This document shows positions 29,220-39,467 of a stretch of DNA of 64,000 nucleotides, in pieces (positions within the stretch are counted from its first letter, which is position 1; every line of letters begins with the position of its first letter). Both the position numbers and the translations under genes were made by a program. Source of the stretch: Verrucomicrobiia bacterium (GTDB lineage: Bacteria > Verrucomicrobiota > Verrucomicrobiia > JADLBR01); the NCBI GenBank assembly GCA_026646655.1, contig JAPKHT010000008.1, positions 8,426 through 72,425 on the forward strand. The letters are read 5' to 3'. The notes under the pieces were generated by a model. It saw only the letters and a list, made by a program, of their open reading frames with translations. It ran no database searches and was not told where the DNA came from.

Positions 29220-30935
29220 ATGCTGTCACCAAGGATGATGCGGCAAGTGCGGAAGTGGTTCTGGCCCTTCATCATAGTCCTTTTCTGCGCCGGCGGCGTG
29301 GGGTTCTTTCTGGCATTGGGGTGGCTGAAACCCCAGTACCACAAAGTCCGCGCCGCCATGTACAACGACAGCGCGCGGAAGTTTTTGGAGCAGGGGGACA
29401 AGGAGTCGGCCCGCATCCAGTTGCAGAATTCCCTGCGCCATGACCCCGACCGTGCCGATACGTGGTCGATGTGGGCCGAGGTCCTGAGGGAACAGGGCGA
29501 CAAGCAGTACCTGTTTTTCTTGGCCAAGGCCTACGAGCTCAATTCGAGCGACGAGAAGTCCGCCATCGCCGCCCTGCGGGCCTGCGTCGAGAATCGCCGC
29601 GCCGACATCGCCAACCTGCTGCTCCAGAAGATCCTCAAGACGTTTCCCAACAATCCCGAGGTCTGGCATCTCACGGGCGTGCTGTTCCTGTCGCAGCAGC
29701 GCTATCCCGAGGGATATCAGGCGCTGAACAAGGCGAAGGAGTTGGCCCCCGATGACCAGCGCATCCAGGTCTCGATCGCCACGCTCGAATTGGTGTCCAG
29801 CGACCCGGCCATCTCGAAGCGCGGGCGCGAGAAGCTGGAGCAGCTCAGGGACAAGCCAGAGTTCTTCGCCGCGGCGACGCAGTCGCTCGCCGAGGCCACC
29901 TCGGTGCAAGATCCCGCCGCCGCCGTGAAACTCTGGGAGGAGGTCATCGCCAAGTCCCCCGACAACTGGGCCGCCCGGCTCAGGCGCCTCGATCTCCGCA
30001 GGAAGATCGAGCCAAACTCCTCCGAGGTCGAGATCGAGATCCTCTGGAAAATCGCCAAGACGGCGCCCCAGAGGCGCGACCTCATCGTGCGAACGGGCTC
30101 GTGGCTGGGCCCCGAGGCCGCCGTGCGGCGACTCGAGTTCCTGGACCCCGCCGAGCGCGACCAGCCCGAGACGCGCCTCATCGAGCTGGCGGTCTTCGCC
30201 TCGCAGAATCGCTGGGAAGAGGCCGCGGAATTGGCGCGGTCCGAGACCAAGAAGGTGGGCACCCCCGAGCAGCTCCTGAATTTCTGGCTCTGGCTGTGCC
30301 GGGCGCAGTTCCAGGTCAACGACTCCTCGAGCGCCCGCGTGACGGTGCGCAGCGCGGTGCAGCTGGTGGGCAACGACCACCAGCTCGCCTTCCGGGCCGG
30401 GGACACGCTGGAGCGCTGGAACATGTCTGAGCAGGCCCTCGAGTTCTACGCCATCGCCGAGACCTCGACGACCCGGCTCAAGTTGCTCGCGCTGACCCGC
30501 AGCCTCCGCATCCACGAGCGGCAGCGGGACACCGACAAGATGCTCGAGTGCTATGACAAGATGCTGGCCGTCTTGCCGGGCAACCTGGTGATCAAGAACA
30601 ACACCGCCGCCCTGCTGCTGCTGGGCAACAAGGATCTCGAGCGCGCGATGGGTCTCGCCAAGGAGGTCTACGAGCAGAAGCCGGACGAGATCAACGTCGC
30701 CGACACGTACGCCCGGGCCCTCGCGCTCAACGGCCGGGTTCAGGAGGCCGTGGCGGTCTATGCGAAGATGCCGGTGGACGCGTTCAAGCAGAGCGCGATC
30801 CGGCTCCATTACGCGGACGCGCTCCGGTTGGCCGGGCGCGTCGCGGAAGCCAAGCAGCAGGTGGCCGATCTCGACCCCCAGTCCCTGTTGCCCAAGGAGC
30901 AGGACGTCCTCAAGCGCATCAAGATTGCCGACTGA
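29220..30935 (+). CDS. Membrane-anchored TPR-repeat protein
   Basis: N-terminal TM (FWPFIIVLFCAGGVGFFLALGW), repeated TPR helices, C-terminal NNTAALL...DTYARAL. Confidence 0.82.
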   Translation: MLSPRMMRQVRKWFWPFIIVLFCAGGVGFFLALGWLKPQYHKVRAAMYNDSARKFLEQGDKESARIQLQNSLRHDPDRADTWSMWAEVLREQGDKQYLFFLAKAYELNSSDEKSAIAALRACVENRRADIANLLLQKILKTFPNNPEVWHLTGVLFLSQQRYPEGYQALNKAKELAPDDQRIQVSIATLELVSSDPAISKRGREKLEQLRDKPEFFAAATQSLAEATSVQDPAAAVKLWEEVIAKSPDNWAARLRRLDLRRKIEPNSSEVEIEILWKIAKTAPQRRDLIVRTGSWLGPEAAVRRLEFLDPAERDQPETRLIELAVFASQNRWEEAAELARSETKKVGTPEQLLNFWLWLCRAQFQVNDSSSARVTVRSAVQLVGNDHQLAFRAGDTLERWNMSEQALEFYAIAETSTTRLKLLALTRSLRIHERQRDTDKMLECYDKMLAVLPGNLVIKNNTAALLLLGNKDLERAMGLAKEVYEQKPDEINVADTYARALALNGRVQEAVAVYAKMPVDAFKQSAIRLHYADALRLAGRVAEAKQQVADLDPQSLLPKEQDVLKRIKIAD

Positions 30936-30965
30936 GCGGGCTCGCCTCGTGGCGCGCGCATCCCA

Positions 30966-32027
30966 GTGAAGACCCCACGCATCGCATCCCCCGCCGATGC
31001 CCGGCAGGACATCGCGTGGATGCGTCGCGCCCTCGCGCTGGCGAGGCATGGGGTGGGACTGACTTCCCCCAACCCCGCCGTTGGGGCGGTGCTGGTCAGG
31101 GCGGGCCGGCTGATCGGACGGGGGTGGCATCGGCGGGCGGGCGGCGCCCACGCGGAGATCGAGGCCCTTGCCGATGCCCGCCGCCGCGGGTCCTCCGTGC
31201 GGGGCGCGACCCTCTATGTGACCCTCGAGCCATGCTCGACCCGCGGACGGACACCGCCCTGCACCGATGCGATCATCGCGGCCGGCGTGCGCCGCGTGGT
31301 CTTTGGCGCGACCGATCCCAACCCCCGGCACCGGGGGCGCGCCCGACGCATCCTCGAGCGCGGGGGGATCGCGGTCACCGGCGGGGTGCTGGCCGAAGAA
31401 TGCGCCGCGCTCAACCGCGCCTTTGGCCGGTGGATCACCACCGGCCGACCGTGGGTGATCGCCAAGATAGCCATGAGCGCCGATGGCCGCATCGCGCCGC
31501 CCCCGGGCCAATCGCGCAGGATCACCTCGGCGCCCGCGCTGCGCCGCGCGCACGAACTGCGCCGCTGGGCCGATGCCATCGTCGTCGGTGCCGCGACGGT
31601 CCGGGCCGATGACCCGGCCTTGACCGTGCGGCTCTGCCACCGCGCGCGACTGAAGCCCCAGCCCCTCCGCGTGGTCATGACCCGGTCCGGTCGCCTCCCG
31701 CGCACGGCGCGCCTCTTGACCGACGCCCTCAGGGACCGGACCCTGATCTATCGGAACCGCCCCTGGCGCGCGGTTCTGGAGGATCTGGGCCGCCGCGGCG
31801 TCACCGCCGTCCTGCTCGAGGGCGGGGGAAAACTCCTCGCCTCGGCATTCGATGCCGGCTGTGTGGATGAGATCGCTTTTTTCATCGCCCCGCGCATCCT
31901 CGGGGGACCCGCGCTGGCGATCGGCGCGGGGGGCTTTCTGGGCCGCGGCTTTTCGGTGCGCGACATGCGCGTCTCGCGGCTCGGGCCCGACGTGCTACTG
32001 GAGGGTTATGTTCACAGGGCTGGTTGA
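30966..32027 (+). CDS. ribD: Bifunctional riboflavin deaminase/reductase
   Basis: PNPAVGAV, HAE, TLEPC...TPPC, KIAMSADG, TVRADDPALT, LLEGGG. Confidence 0.96.
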   Translation: MKTPRIASPADARQDIAWMRRALALARHGVGLTSPNPAVGAVLVRAGRLIGRGWHRRAGGAHAEIEALADARRRGSSVRGATLYVTLEPCSTRGRTPPCTDAIIAAGVRRVVFGATDPNPRHRGRARRILERGGIAVTGGVLAEECAALNRAFGRWITTGRPWVIAKIAMSADGRIAPPPGQSRRITSAPALRRAHELRRWADAIVVGAATVRADDPALTVRLCHRARLKPQPLRVVMTRSGRLPRTARLLTDALRDRTLIYRNRPWRAVLEDLGRRGVTAVLLEGGGKLLASAFDAGCVDEIAFFIAPRILGGPALAIGAGGFLGRGFSVRDMRVSRLGPDVLLEGYVHRAG

Positions 32028-32622
32028 AGGCATCGGCAGAATCGAATCGCTGGAGCGCCTGGCGTCCGGCACCCGGCTGATCGTCGATGCCGGGCGCATT
32101 GCGGATGGCCTGCGGGAGGGCGACAGCGTCGCCGTCAACGGCTGCTGCCTGACCGTCGTCGCGCGGGACACCGGGCGGCTGTGCTTCGACGTCTTGGCGG
32201 AGACCCTCCGCAGGACCAACCTCGGCGACGTCCGGCCCGGCGGGGCCGTCAACCTCGAGCGCGCCCTGGCCGCGGACGCGCGCCTCGGGGGACACTTCGT
32301 CAGCGGCCATATCGACGTCGCCGCGCCGATCCTTCGCTGGGAGCCGAGCGGGCCCGACTGGGTGCTCGACGTCGCCATCCCCGAGGGCGGCGACCGCTAT
32401 GTCGTCGAAAAAGGCAGCGCCGCCATCGATGGCATAAGCCTGACCATCGCGGCCGCCGAGCGGGGGCTCATGCGCTTCTGGATCATACCCCACACCCGCG
32501 AGGTCACCGCGCTGGCCGAGCGCCGCGCCGGCGACCGCGTCAACCTCGAATTCGACATACTGGCCAAGTACGTGGAAAAAATCTTGGCCTGCCGCTCCGA
32601 TCCGCCGATAAAGGGGGGGTGA
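32008..32622 (+). CDS. ribE: Riboflavin synthase (alpha chain)
   Basis: N-terminal MFTGLVE, GDSVAVNGCCLTV, VNLERAL, GGHFVSGHID, VNLEFDILAKYV. Confidence 0.96.
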   Translation: MFTGLVEGIGRIESLERLASGTRLIVDAGRIADGLREGDSVAVNGCCLTVVARDTGRLCFDVLAETLRRTNLGDVRPGGAVNLERALAADARLGGHFVSGHIDVAAPILRWEPSGPDWVLDVAIPEGGDRYVVEKGSAAIDGISLTIAAAERGLMRFWIIPHTREVTALAERRAGDRVNLEFDILAKYVEKILACRSDPPIKGG

Positions 32623-33338
32623 CAGAAAAGGCCGATGCGCTGAAGAACCTCCTCGTCCTGCAGGACCGGGATCGCCGCGTGCGGGAGCTGCAGCGCCAGC
32701 TCAAGGCGCTCCCCAGAGAGAAAGAAGCGCTGGATGCCCGCATCAAGGACCGCGGCGCCGCCCTCCAGCAGCACCGCCTCGAGGCCCAGCGCATCGAGAC
32801 CCAGCGCAAGGAGCTCGATCTCGAGGTCCAGTCGCACAAGCAGCAGATCGCCAAGTACAGGGGGCAGCAACTCCAGACTCGCAAGAACGACGAGTACGCC
32901 GCCCTGGGGCACGAGATCGAGCGCGCCGAGAAACGCATCATCGAGATCGAGGACCGCGAGCTGGAGCTGATGGAGAAGTTCGATGCCGCCCAGAAGGCCG
33001 TGGCCTCCGAGGCGGCCCAGGTCGCGGAGTTCGAGAAGGCCGTCCGCGCGCAGATCGCCGACGTGGAGCGCAAGCTCAAGGCGGTGGAATCCCAGATCGC
33101 GGAGGCGGAGGCGGAGCGGGAGGGCGCCCGTTCCTCCGTGCCGACGGACATCCTCAAGCGCTACCAGCGCATCCTGGACCACCGGGGCGACGCGGCGCTG
33201 GTCCCGCTGGTCCATGGCACGACGTGCGGCGGGTGCCACATGAAGGTCACCTCGCAGACCGCCCTGGACGTGAAGGCCGCGCGAGGCATCGTCGCCTGCG
33301 AGAACTGCGGGCGCATCCTCTACGATCCCGGGGAGTAG
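32619..33338 (+). CDS. Coiled-coil protein with C4 zinc ribbon (DUF164/CT398-like)
   Basis: LLVLQDRD, long coiled coil, CGGCHM...CENCGRIL. GTG overlaps the ribE stop. Confidence 0.9.
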   Translation: MTEKADALKNLLVLQDRDRRVRELQRQLKALPREKEALDARIKDRGAALQQHRLEAQRIETQRKELDLEVQSHKQQIAKYRGQQLQTRKNDEYAALGHEIERAEKRIIEIEDRELELMEKFDAAQKAVASEAAQVAEFEKAVRAQIADVERKLKAVESQIAEAEAEREGARSSVPTDILKRYQRILDHRGDAALVPLVHGTTCGGCHMKVTSQTALDVKAARGIVACENCGRILYDPGE

Positions 33339-33391
33339 CGCGACCCGATCCCCGCCGGCCATCCGCCCCGTTGCCCGAAAGGCTCATCATC

Positions 33392-33634
33392 ATGGACCCA
33401 GAGATCCACGGCCACGAGGTCATGCGGATGATGGTGGACAGCGGGGCGGAATACACCCGCGCGAGCCTGCGCCAGGCCATCATCGCGCGATTCGGCGCGG
33501 GGGCGCGATTCCGCACCTGCTCCGCGGAGGGCATGACCGCCGACCAGCTCATCGATTTCCTCGGCGCCCGGGGGAAGTTCGTGGACTGCGGCGCGGGCTT
33601 CTCCACCTCGCCCGATAAGATCTGCGACCACTGA
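33392..33634 (+). CDS. YecH family small metal-binding protein
   Basis: IHGHEVM, RFGAGARFRTCSAEGMTA, RGKF, KICDH. Confidence 0.88.
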   Translation: MDPEIHGHEVMRMMVDSGAEYTRASLRQAIIARFGAGARFRTCSAEGMTADQLIDFLGARGKFVDCGAGFSTSPDKICDH

Positions 33635-33719
33635 GAACCCAAGATGTCGCTGCGTTCGCCGGACCGTGGCAACGATCCCCGGCAGCTGCCGGTCCAGGTG
33701 GGCCATATCGGAAATGCCC

Positions 33720-33760
33720 GGGGCCGAACGCGTGAGCGCCTGGCCAAGCGCCCGGGCCGC
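33720..33760. repeat. REP-like element, third (degenerate) copy
   Basis: ggggccgaacgcgtgagcgcctggccaagcg, between convergent genes. Confidence 0.6.
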
Positions 33761-33766
33761 GTGGCC

Positions 33767-34189
33767 CTATGGCTCCCCGACGACCGCCACGGAAATGGTC
33801 CGCCGATGGGGGACGCGCCGGTGCTCGAACAGGAAGATGCCCTGCCACGTGCCGAGGCACAGGCGGCCGGCCTCGACCGGGATGTTCTCCGAAGTGCGGG
33901 TGAGCGCCATCCGTATGTGCGCGGGCATGTCGTCGGGTCCCTCCAGGTCGTGCGCGAACCACGTCGCCCCATCCGGCACCAGCCGCCCGAAGAAAGTCTC
34001 CAGATCCTCGCGCGCCGTGGCGTCCGCGTTCTCGAAGATGACCAGGCTGGCGCTGGTGTGCGCGACGAAAACGGTGGCGACGCCCGTCCGCACGCCGCTG
34101 CGGCCCACGACCTCGCCGATCTGCCCCGTGATCTCGTAGGTGCCCCGGCCGCGGGTGGCGACGGAGAACGTCTCTGCGTGTGCGGCCAT
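33767..34189 (-). CDS. yjbQ: YjbQ/UPF0047 family protein
   Basis: HTSASLVIFENAD, HDLEGPDDMPAHI, LGTWQGIFLFEHR. Confidence 0.92.
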   Translation of the reverse strand: MAAHAETFSVATRGRGTYEITGQIGEVVGRSGVRTGVATVFVAHTSASLVIFENADATAREDLETFFGRLVPDGATWFAHDLEGPDDMPAHIRMALTRTSENIPVEAGRLCLGTWQGIFLFEHRRVPHRRTISVAVVGEP

Positions 34190-34200
34190 GGCCGGACCCC

Positions 34201-35502
34201 TCAGGCGATTCGCTCGATCCGCGCCCCCAGGCCGCGCAGCCGCTCGTCGATCCGCGTGAACCCGCGGTCGATCTGATCGACGTTCTGGATCTCCGACTCG
34301 CCCTCCGCGCACAGCGCCGCGATCAGCATCGCCATGCCCGCGCGGATGTCCGGGCTCGCCACCCTCGCGCCGCGGAGCCGCTCCTTCCCGATGACCACCG
34401 CCCGGTGCGGGTCGCACAGCACGATCCGCGCCCCCATCTGGATCAGGTTGTCGACAAAGAACAGCCGCGACTCGAACATCTTCTCGTGGATCAGGACCGT
34501 GCCCCTGCACTGGGTCGCGGTGACGAGGGTGACCGAGGTCATGTCGGCGGGAAAACCCGGCCAGGGCGCGTCATCGAACTCCGGTATGGCCCCGCCCTGG
34601 TCCGGCCTGACCTCCATCGTTTGCCCCCGGGGCACGTACAGCGCGCCGTCCTGCTCGACGGTCTTGATGCCCAGCCTGTCGTAGTTGAACCGGATCATGC
34701 GCAGGTCCTCGAAGATCGCGTCCTCGATGACGAGGTCGCCGCCCGTGACGGCCGCCAGCGCGATGAAGCTGCCCACCTCGAGGTAGTCCGGCCCCACGCG
34801 GTGCTCTGCGCCCCGGAGCGAATCGACGCCCTCGATGCGCAGGAGGTTGGTGCCCACCCCGTCGATCCGCGCGCCCATGCGCTCCAGCATGCGGCATAGG
34901 CCCTGCACGTGCGGTTCGCTCGCCGCGTTGCGGAGCACGGTCTCGCCCTTGGCCAGCACGGCCGCCGAGATGATGTTCTCCGTGGCGGTGACGGACGCCT
35001 CGTCCAGAAGGATGTCCGCGCCCTCGAGGCCGTCGGTCTCGAGGAGATACCCGAATGGCAGGGCCTCGATCTTGGCCCCGAGGGCCTGGAACCCGAGAAG
35101 GTGCGTGTCCAGGCGCCTGCGCCCGATGCGGTCGCCGCCCGGCTTCGGCAGGATGGCGCGCCCCGTGCGGGCCAGCAGCGGGCCGGCGAGCGTGACCGAG
35201 CCCCGCAGCTTTCCGGCGAGGTCGAGCGGCACGTCGGAATCGGGCGGGGCCGCGCAGGTCACCCGCAGCCGCGAGTTGCCATCGAGGCGCTCGACGGTGA
35301 CGCCCAGCGACTCCAGCAACTGCAGCATGACCCGCACGTCGTGGATGTCCGGGACGTTGTCCAGGACCACGGGTTCCCCCGTCAGGATGCTCGCGGCCAG
35401 GATCGGCAGCGCCTCATTCTTGTTCCCCTGCGGGCGTATCCGCCCGCAGAGCGGCTTGCCCCCGACCACCCGAAACGACTCCCGGCGCACTCCCTCGGCC
35501 AT
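34201..35502 (-). CDS. murA: UDP-N-acetylglucosamine 1-carboxyvinyltransferase (Asp-type active site)
   Basis: [58 protein letters not shown]. Confidence 0.95.
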   Translation of the reverse strand: MAEGVRRESFRVVGGKPLCGRIRPQGNKNEALPILAASILTGEPVVLDNVPDIHDVRVMLQLLESLGVTVERLDGNSRLRVTCAAPPDSDVPLDLAGKLRGSVTLAGPLLARTGRAILPKPGGDRIGRRRLDTHLLGFQALGAKIEALPFGYLLETDGLEGADILLDEASVTATENIISAAVLAKGETVLRNAASEPHVQGLCRMLERMGARIDGVGTNLLRIEGVDSLRGAEHRVGPDYLEVGSFIALAAVTGGDLVIEDAIFEDLRMIRFNYDRLGIKTVEQDGALYVPRGQTMEVRPDQGGAIPEFDDAPWPGFPADMTSVTLVTATQCRGTVLIHEKMFESRLFFVDNLIQMGARIVLCDPHRAVVIGKERLRGARVASPDIRAGMAMLIAALCAEGESEIQNVDQIDRGFTRIDERLRGLGARIERIA

Positions 35503-35592
35503 GACGCGCATTCTTGCCCGTCCCGCGGGCCGGGTCGAGGCTCAAAATCGGAACGGGTTGAAACGCCCCGCCGGGATCCTATAAAGGTCCGC

Positions 35593-36009
35593 ATGAAATC
35601 CCATCGCAAGGAACTCTGGTTTCAGGTGCCATCCCGCCGGGCGCTGCTCAACATCACCCCGCAGGTCGAGGAGGCCGTCCGCGCCAGCGGCGTGACGGAG
35701 GGGCTGGCCCTCGTGAACGCGATGCACATCACCGCCAGCGTCTTCATCAACGATGACGAATCTGGGCTGCACCAGGATTTCGAGGATTGGCTCGAGAGGC
35801 TCGCCCCCGAGAAGCCCTACTCGCAGTACCGCCACAACGGCGCGGAGGATAATGCCGACGCGCACCTCAAGCGCACCATCATGGGGCGCGAGGTGGTCGT
35901 GGCCATCACCGGCGGTCGGCTGGACCTCGGCCCCTGGGAGCAGATCTTCTACGGCGAGTTCGACGGCAAGCGCCGCAAGCGCGCGCTGGTCAAGATCATC
36001 GGGGAGTGA
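35593..36009 (+). CDS. yjbQ: YjbQ/UPF0047 family protein (second, divergent paralog)
   Basis: [36 protein letters not shown]. Confidence 0.92.
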   Translation: MKSHRKELWFQVPSRRALLNITPQVEEAVRASGVTEGLALVNAMHITASVFINDDESGLHQDFEDWLERLAPEKPYSQYRHNGAEDNADAHLKRTIMGREVVVAITGGRLDLGPWEQIFYGEFDGKRRKRALVKIIGE

Positions 36010-36040
36010 GGCGCCCGTGGTGTCCAAGGCCGAAAGGGGA

Positions 36041-36721
36041 ATGCGTCGCCAGATTGTCCTCACGGGGGCGACGCGGGGCTGTGGGCGGGCGCTGGCGCGG
36101 GCGTTCGCGGCGGAGGGGCACACCGTCGTCGGCTGCGGGCGCACCCGCGCGGCCGTCGACGAATTGCGCGGGGCCCTGGGCGGGCCGCACCGCTTTGACG
36201 CGGTCGACGTGTCCGATTCGGCGGCCGTCGCGGCCTGGGCGACCTCCGTCCTGGAGACGCACGGCGCGCCCGACCTGCTGGTCAACAATGCCGCCATCAT
36301 CGCCCGCAATGCGCCCCTGTGGGAGGTCCCGGCCGACGAGTTTGGCGCCGTCATCGACGTGAACATCAAGGGCGTGGCCCACGTCATCCGCGCGTTCGTA
36401 CCCGCCATGGTGGCGGCAGGGCGGGGCGTCATCGTGAACATCAGCTCGGGCTGGGGGCGCTCCGTGGCGCCCGAGGTCGCGCCCTACTGCGCCACGAAGT
36501 GGGCCATCGAGGGCATGACCAAGGCGCTCGCCGAGGAATTGCCCAGGGGCATGGCCGCGATCCCGCTCAACCCCGGCATCATCGACACCGACATGCTCCG
36601 CACTTGCTGGGCCGATGGCGCGGCCTCATTCCCGAAGCCCGAGGCATGGGCCCGGCGCGCCGCGCCCTTCATCCTGCGCCTCGGACCGTCCGACAATGGA
36701 AAATCGCTCAGCGTGAGTTGA
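36041..36721 (+). CDS. Short-chain dehydrogenase/reductase
   Basis: TGATRGCG, LVNNAA, NISSG, YCATK. Confidence 0.93.
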   Translation: MRRQIVLTGATRGCGRALARAFAAEGHTVVGCGRTRAAVDELRGALGGPHRFDAVDVSDSAAVAAWATSVLETHGAPDLLVNNAAIIARNAPLWEVPADEFGAVIDVNIKGVAHVIRAFVPAMVAAGRGVIVNISSGWGRSVAPEVAPYCATKWAIEGMTKALAEELPRGMAAIPLNPGIIDTDMLRTCWADGAASFPKPEAWARRAAPFILRLGPSDNGKSLSVS

Positions 36722-36802
36722 AAATATGGCAGAAACCATGAGGCTCTGGCGGCCCAATGCCGCCGCGTTCGGGCACGAAAATTTTCCCGCGTCTGGGGTG
36801 AT

Positions 36803-37571
36803 CTATTCGATGACGACGCAGCTCATGACGGGAAAATCTGGCACGTCGAAGACGGTCCGCCGATCGATGGTCTTTGCCGTCAGGGGTGCCCCCGTGACCG
36901 CATCGAAGGCGCGGGCGACGTCGCCATGCCCCGCGTCCAGTTCGATCGTGACTCCCGCGCAGGCCGGGGGAGCGGTGCCCGCGGGAATCCCCGGGCCCTC
37001 GCGCGACGACCGGAACCAGCCGAAGGCGTTGACGAGGCAGACGGCGGTCCGCCCGGAACCGGGCTCGCGATAGAACACCGCGTGCCAGTTGGGCGTCGTT
37101 GATCGTGGCGACAGGCACATGTTCCTCCTTCATGGCCTCGAACGCGCCCAAGATCGGCGCAGACAGCTCGGTCCAGAGGGCTCGGGGGTCGGCGATGCGC
37201 GCATCGCGCGGCCGCTCGCCCACGTGGATGAGGGCATGCCTGATGACGCGCGCGCGCGCGAGGCGAGGTGAGACCTTGGCGCCAAGGGCATAGGACGGTT
37301 CATAGATCTTGAGCGCCCCGGCCCGGAGCTCGGTGGAGCGCCGCTCCCTCAGGCCCTCGGGATGGATCGAGGCGATGCATCCATAGGCAACCGAGGCCGC
37401 GGCCGAGAAAAGCGCCTCCTGTTCCGTCCGCGTTGGAGGGATCCACATCAGGGGCGGCCTGCCATCGCACGAGTCCCGCGTGAAACTCCAGCCCAGCGCG
37501 TTTTGCGCGTCGTACTCGGGAATCGCGAAAGTCGCACCCATGAAACCCTGCCGCCTCGAGCTCCCCTCCAC
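36803..37571 (-). pseudogene. 5'-truncated, frameshifted remnant of a probable glycoside-hydrolase-like gene
   Basis: Protein-like segment AIPEYDAQNALGWSFTRDSCDGRPPLMWIP...HVPVATINDAQL, then a frame change near 37085-37090 into WHAVFYREPG...DVPDFPVMSCVVIE*. No convincing start or signal peptide. Confidence 0.6.
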
Positions 37572-37898
37572 GCCTGCTGCCGCGGGCGCGCGCCGCGGGT
37601 GCGGCCAATTTCAGGAGCCATCCCACCGCCAGCGATCTATTCTCCAGAATCACGGGCACCATTTTTCCCGCCCATGGCCCCGCGTCGATGAGATTCTCGC
37701 CAGCGGGAATGCGCCGCCCGCGGATGCGCGGGTGGGCCCATGCGTGTCTCAAATTCTCCGGCCCGCGCTATGCATCCCATATGATCCCTGGCGATGAGCG
37801 CGGCAGACTGGACACGATGTGCGCCATGGCCGTCACCGCACCACCGGGAGGCTGCGTGTGCCTCAGGCTCACGAGTATCCAAGAGTGAGGGCGCGCGG

Positions 37899-39467
37899 AT
37901 GAGCCCCCAAGACCTCCGCGCGCGCCGCGCGCCGGCGCGGGCCTTTCTGCTGGCGCTGCTCGCAGTCGCTCCCGCGCTTTCCCGCGCGGCCACCCCCGAT
38001 CATCCCAACATACTCCTCATCTGCATCGACGACCTGCGGCCCGTTCTCGGTTGTTACGGCGGCGCGGCGAAGACCCCGCACATGGACAAGTTCGCCGGGG
38101 AATCCGTCGTATTCCGTCGCCACTATGTCCAGTTCCCCTCCTGCGGCCCATCGCGCGCCAGCATGCTTGGCGGACGACGACCAGATTCGCTGGGCGTCTA
38201 TGGCAACAGCGGCACGGACATCGTCGCGCAAGACCCGGAGCACATGCCGACCCTGCCGATGCTCTTCAAACGGAACGGCTACACCACGCTCAGTTTCGGC
38301 AAGGTGTATCACAGCAAGGGCGCAAGCCCCGGCTGCGGCTGGTCGGAGCCCCCGTGGCACCCGCCGAATTGGGCCTGCTACGTCAATTTTAAGGAGCGGG
38401 AACGCAAGAAGAAGGAAGGCTGGGAATGGCGGCCCGCCATGGAGATCTACGACGGCCCCGACTCCCTCCATGGCGACTACCAGACCGCCGACCGCGTGAT
38501 CGCGGCACTGGAGGCGCACCGCGATGGCCCTTTCTTTATCGCGGCCGGTTTCTATAAGCCGCACCTCCCCTTCGTGGCACCAAAACGATTCTGGGACCTC
38601 TACGGCCCAGACGAGATCCGGGCAGTCGAGCCCGTTCGTCGCGCCGAGGGCGCAGCCGACTATGGATACGCCTTCCGGGAGATATGCTCCTACGGCGACA
38701 ATTGCGGCAAGATGTTCACGCCGGACGCCATGCCCACCGCCAGGCAAACGCTTGATCTGATACACGCCTACCACGCCGCCACGAGCTTCACCGACTCACA
38801 CGTGGGTCGCCTTCTGTCCAAAATCGACGAACTGGGCCTTCGCGAAAATACCGCCGTTGTCCTCTGGTCTGATCACGGCTTCCATCTCGGCGACCAGGCG
38901 CGCTGGGCGAAGTGGACGCAATTCGAGGCCGATATGCGGTCCCCGCTAGTGATCCGCCTGCCGGGGAAGTCCGCACCAGCCCGCGGGACGGACGCGCTCG
39001 TCGAGAGCGTGGACATCTACCCCAACATCACGTCCATCGCGGGCCTCGCAGCCCCCCCGCATCTGGAGGGCATCAGCCTCCTGCCCTTGATCCGCGGGGA
39101 GGTCGACCAGGTGAAGCAGTTTGCCCGAAGCCAAGTGGCCGGCCTTCAGGCCAATGGCCACCTCATGGCGTACTCCCTGAGGACGCCAGGGTACCGCTAT
39201 GTCGAATGGCGCGACCGAATGCGGCAAAATCAGCTCGTGTGCCGCGAGTTGTATGACCTCGCTTCCGTCGGGCACGAACTCAAGAACCTGGCCGAGGACC
39301 CCGGCCAGGAGATGATAGTGGAACAGCACCACCGGCTGGTCCTCGACGGCTACGCCTCGCTGCAGCGGGATGCGCAACGGCCGCAGGCCAAGCGACAGAA
39401 AAAGAGGGCCGGGGCCTCGACTGCCCCCGAACCCCAACAGCCTCCCAACGAGATCGCCCACCCATGA
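37899..39467 (+). CDS. Secreted sulfatase (iduronate-2-sulfatase-like)
   Basis: PNILLICIDDLRP, CGPSR, GKVYH, GFYKPHLPF, SDHGFHLG. Confidence 0.92.
   Translation: MSPQDLRARRAPARAFLLALLAVAPALSRAATPDHPNILLICIDDLRPVLGCYGGAAKTPHMDKFAGESVVFRRHYVQFPSCGPSRASMLGGRRPDSLGVYGNSGTDIVAQDPEHMPTLPMLFKRNGYTTLSFGKVYHSKGASPGCGWSEPPWHPPNWACYVNFKERERKKKEGWEWRPAMEIYDGPDSLHGDYQTADRVIAALEAHRDGPFFIAAGFYKPHLPFVAPKRFWDLYGPDEIRAVEPVRRAEGAADYGYAFREICSYGDNCGKMFTPDAMPTARQTLDLIHAYHAATSFTDSHVGRLLSKIDELGLRENTAVVLWSDHGFHLGDQARWAKWTQFEADMRSPLVIRLPGKSAPARGTDALVESVDIYPNITSIAGLAAPPHLEGISLLPLIRGEVDQVKQFARSQVAGLQANGHLMAYSLRTPGYRYVEWRDRMRQNQLVCRELYDLASVGHELKNLAEDPGQEMIVEQHHRLVLDGYASLQRDAQRPQAKRQKKRAGASTAPEPQQPPNEIAHP

Noticed and set aside
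30936-30965. FMN riboswitch upstream of ribD
   Set aside because: Intergenic space is about 30 nt and no RFN consensus is visible.
33339-33391. RNase P RNA or another ncRNA after the Zn-ribbon gene
   Set aside because: Gap is only about 50 nt and lacks conserved RNase P motifs.
37572-37898. Small gene or 5' part of the pseudogene in this gap
   Set aside because: Candidate ORFs lack an RBS and recognisable motifs.
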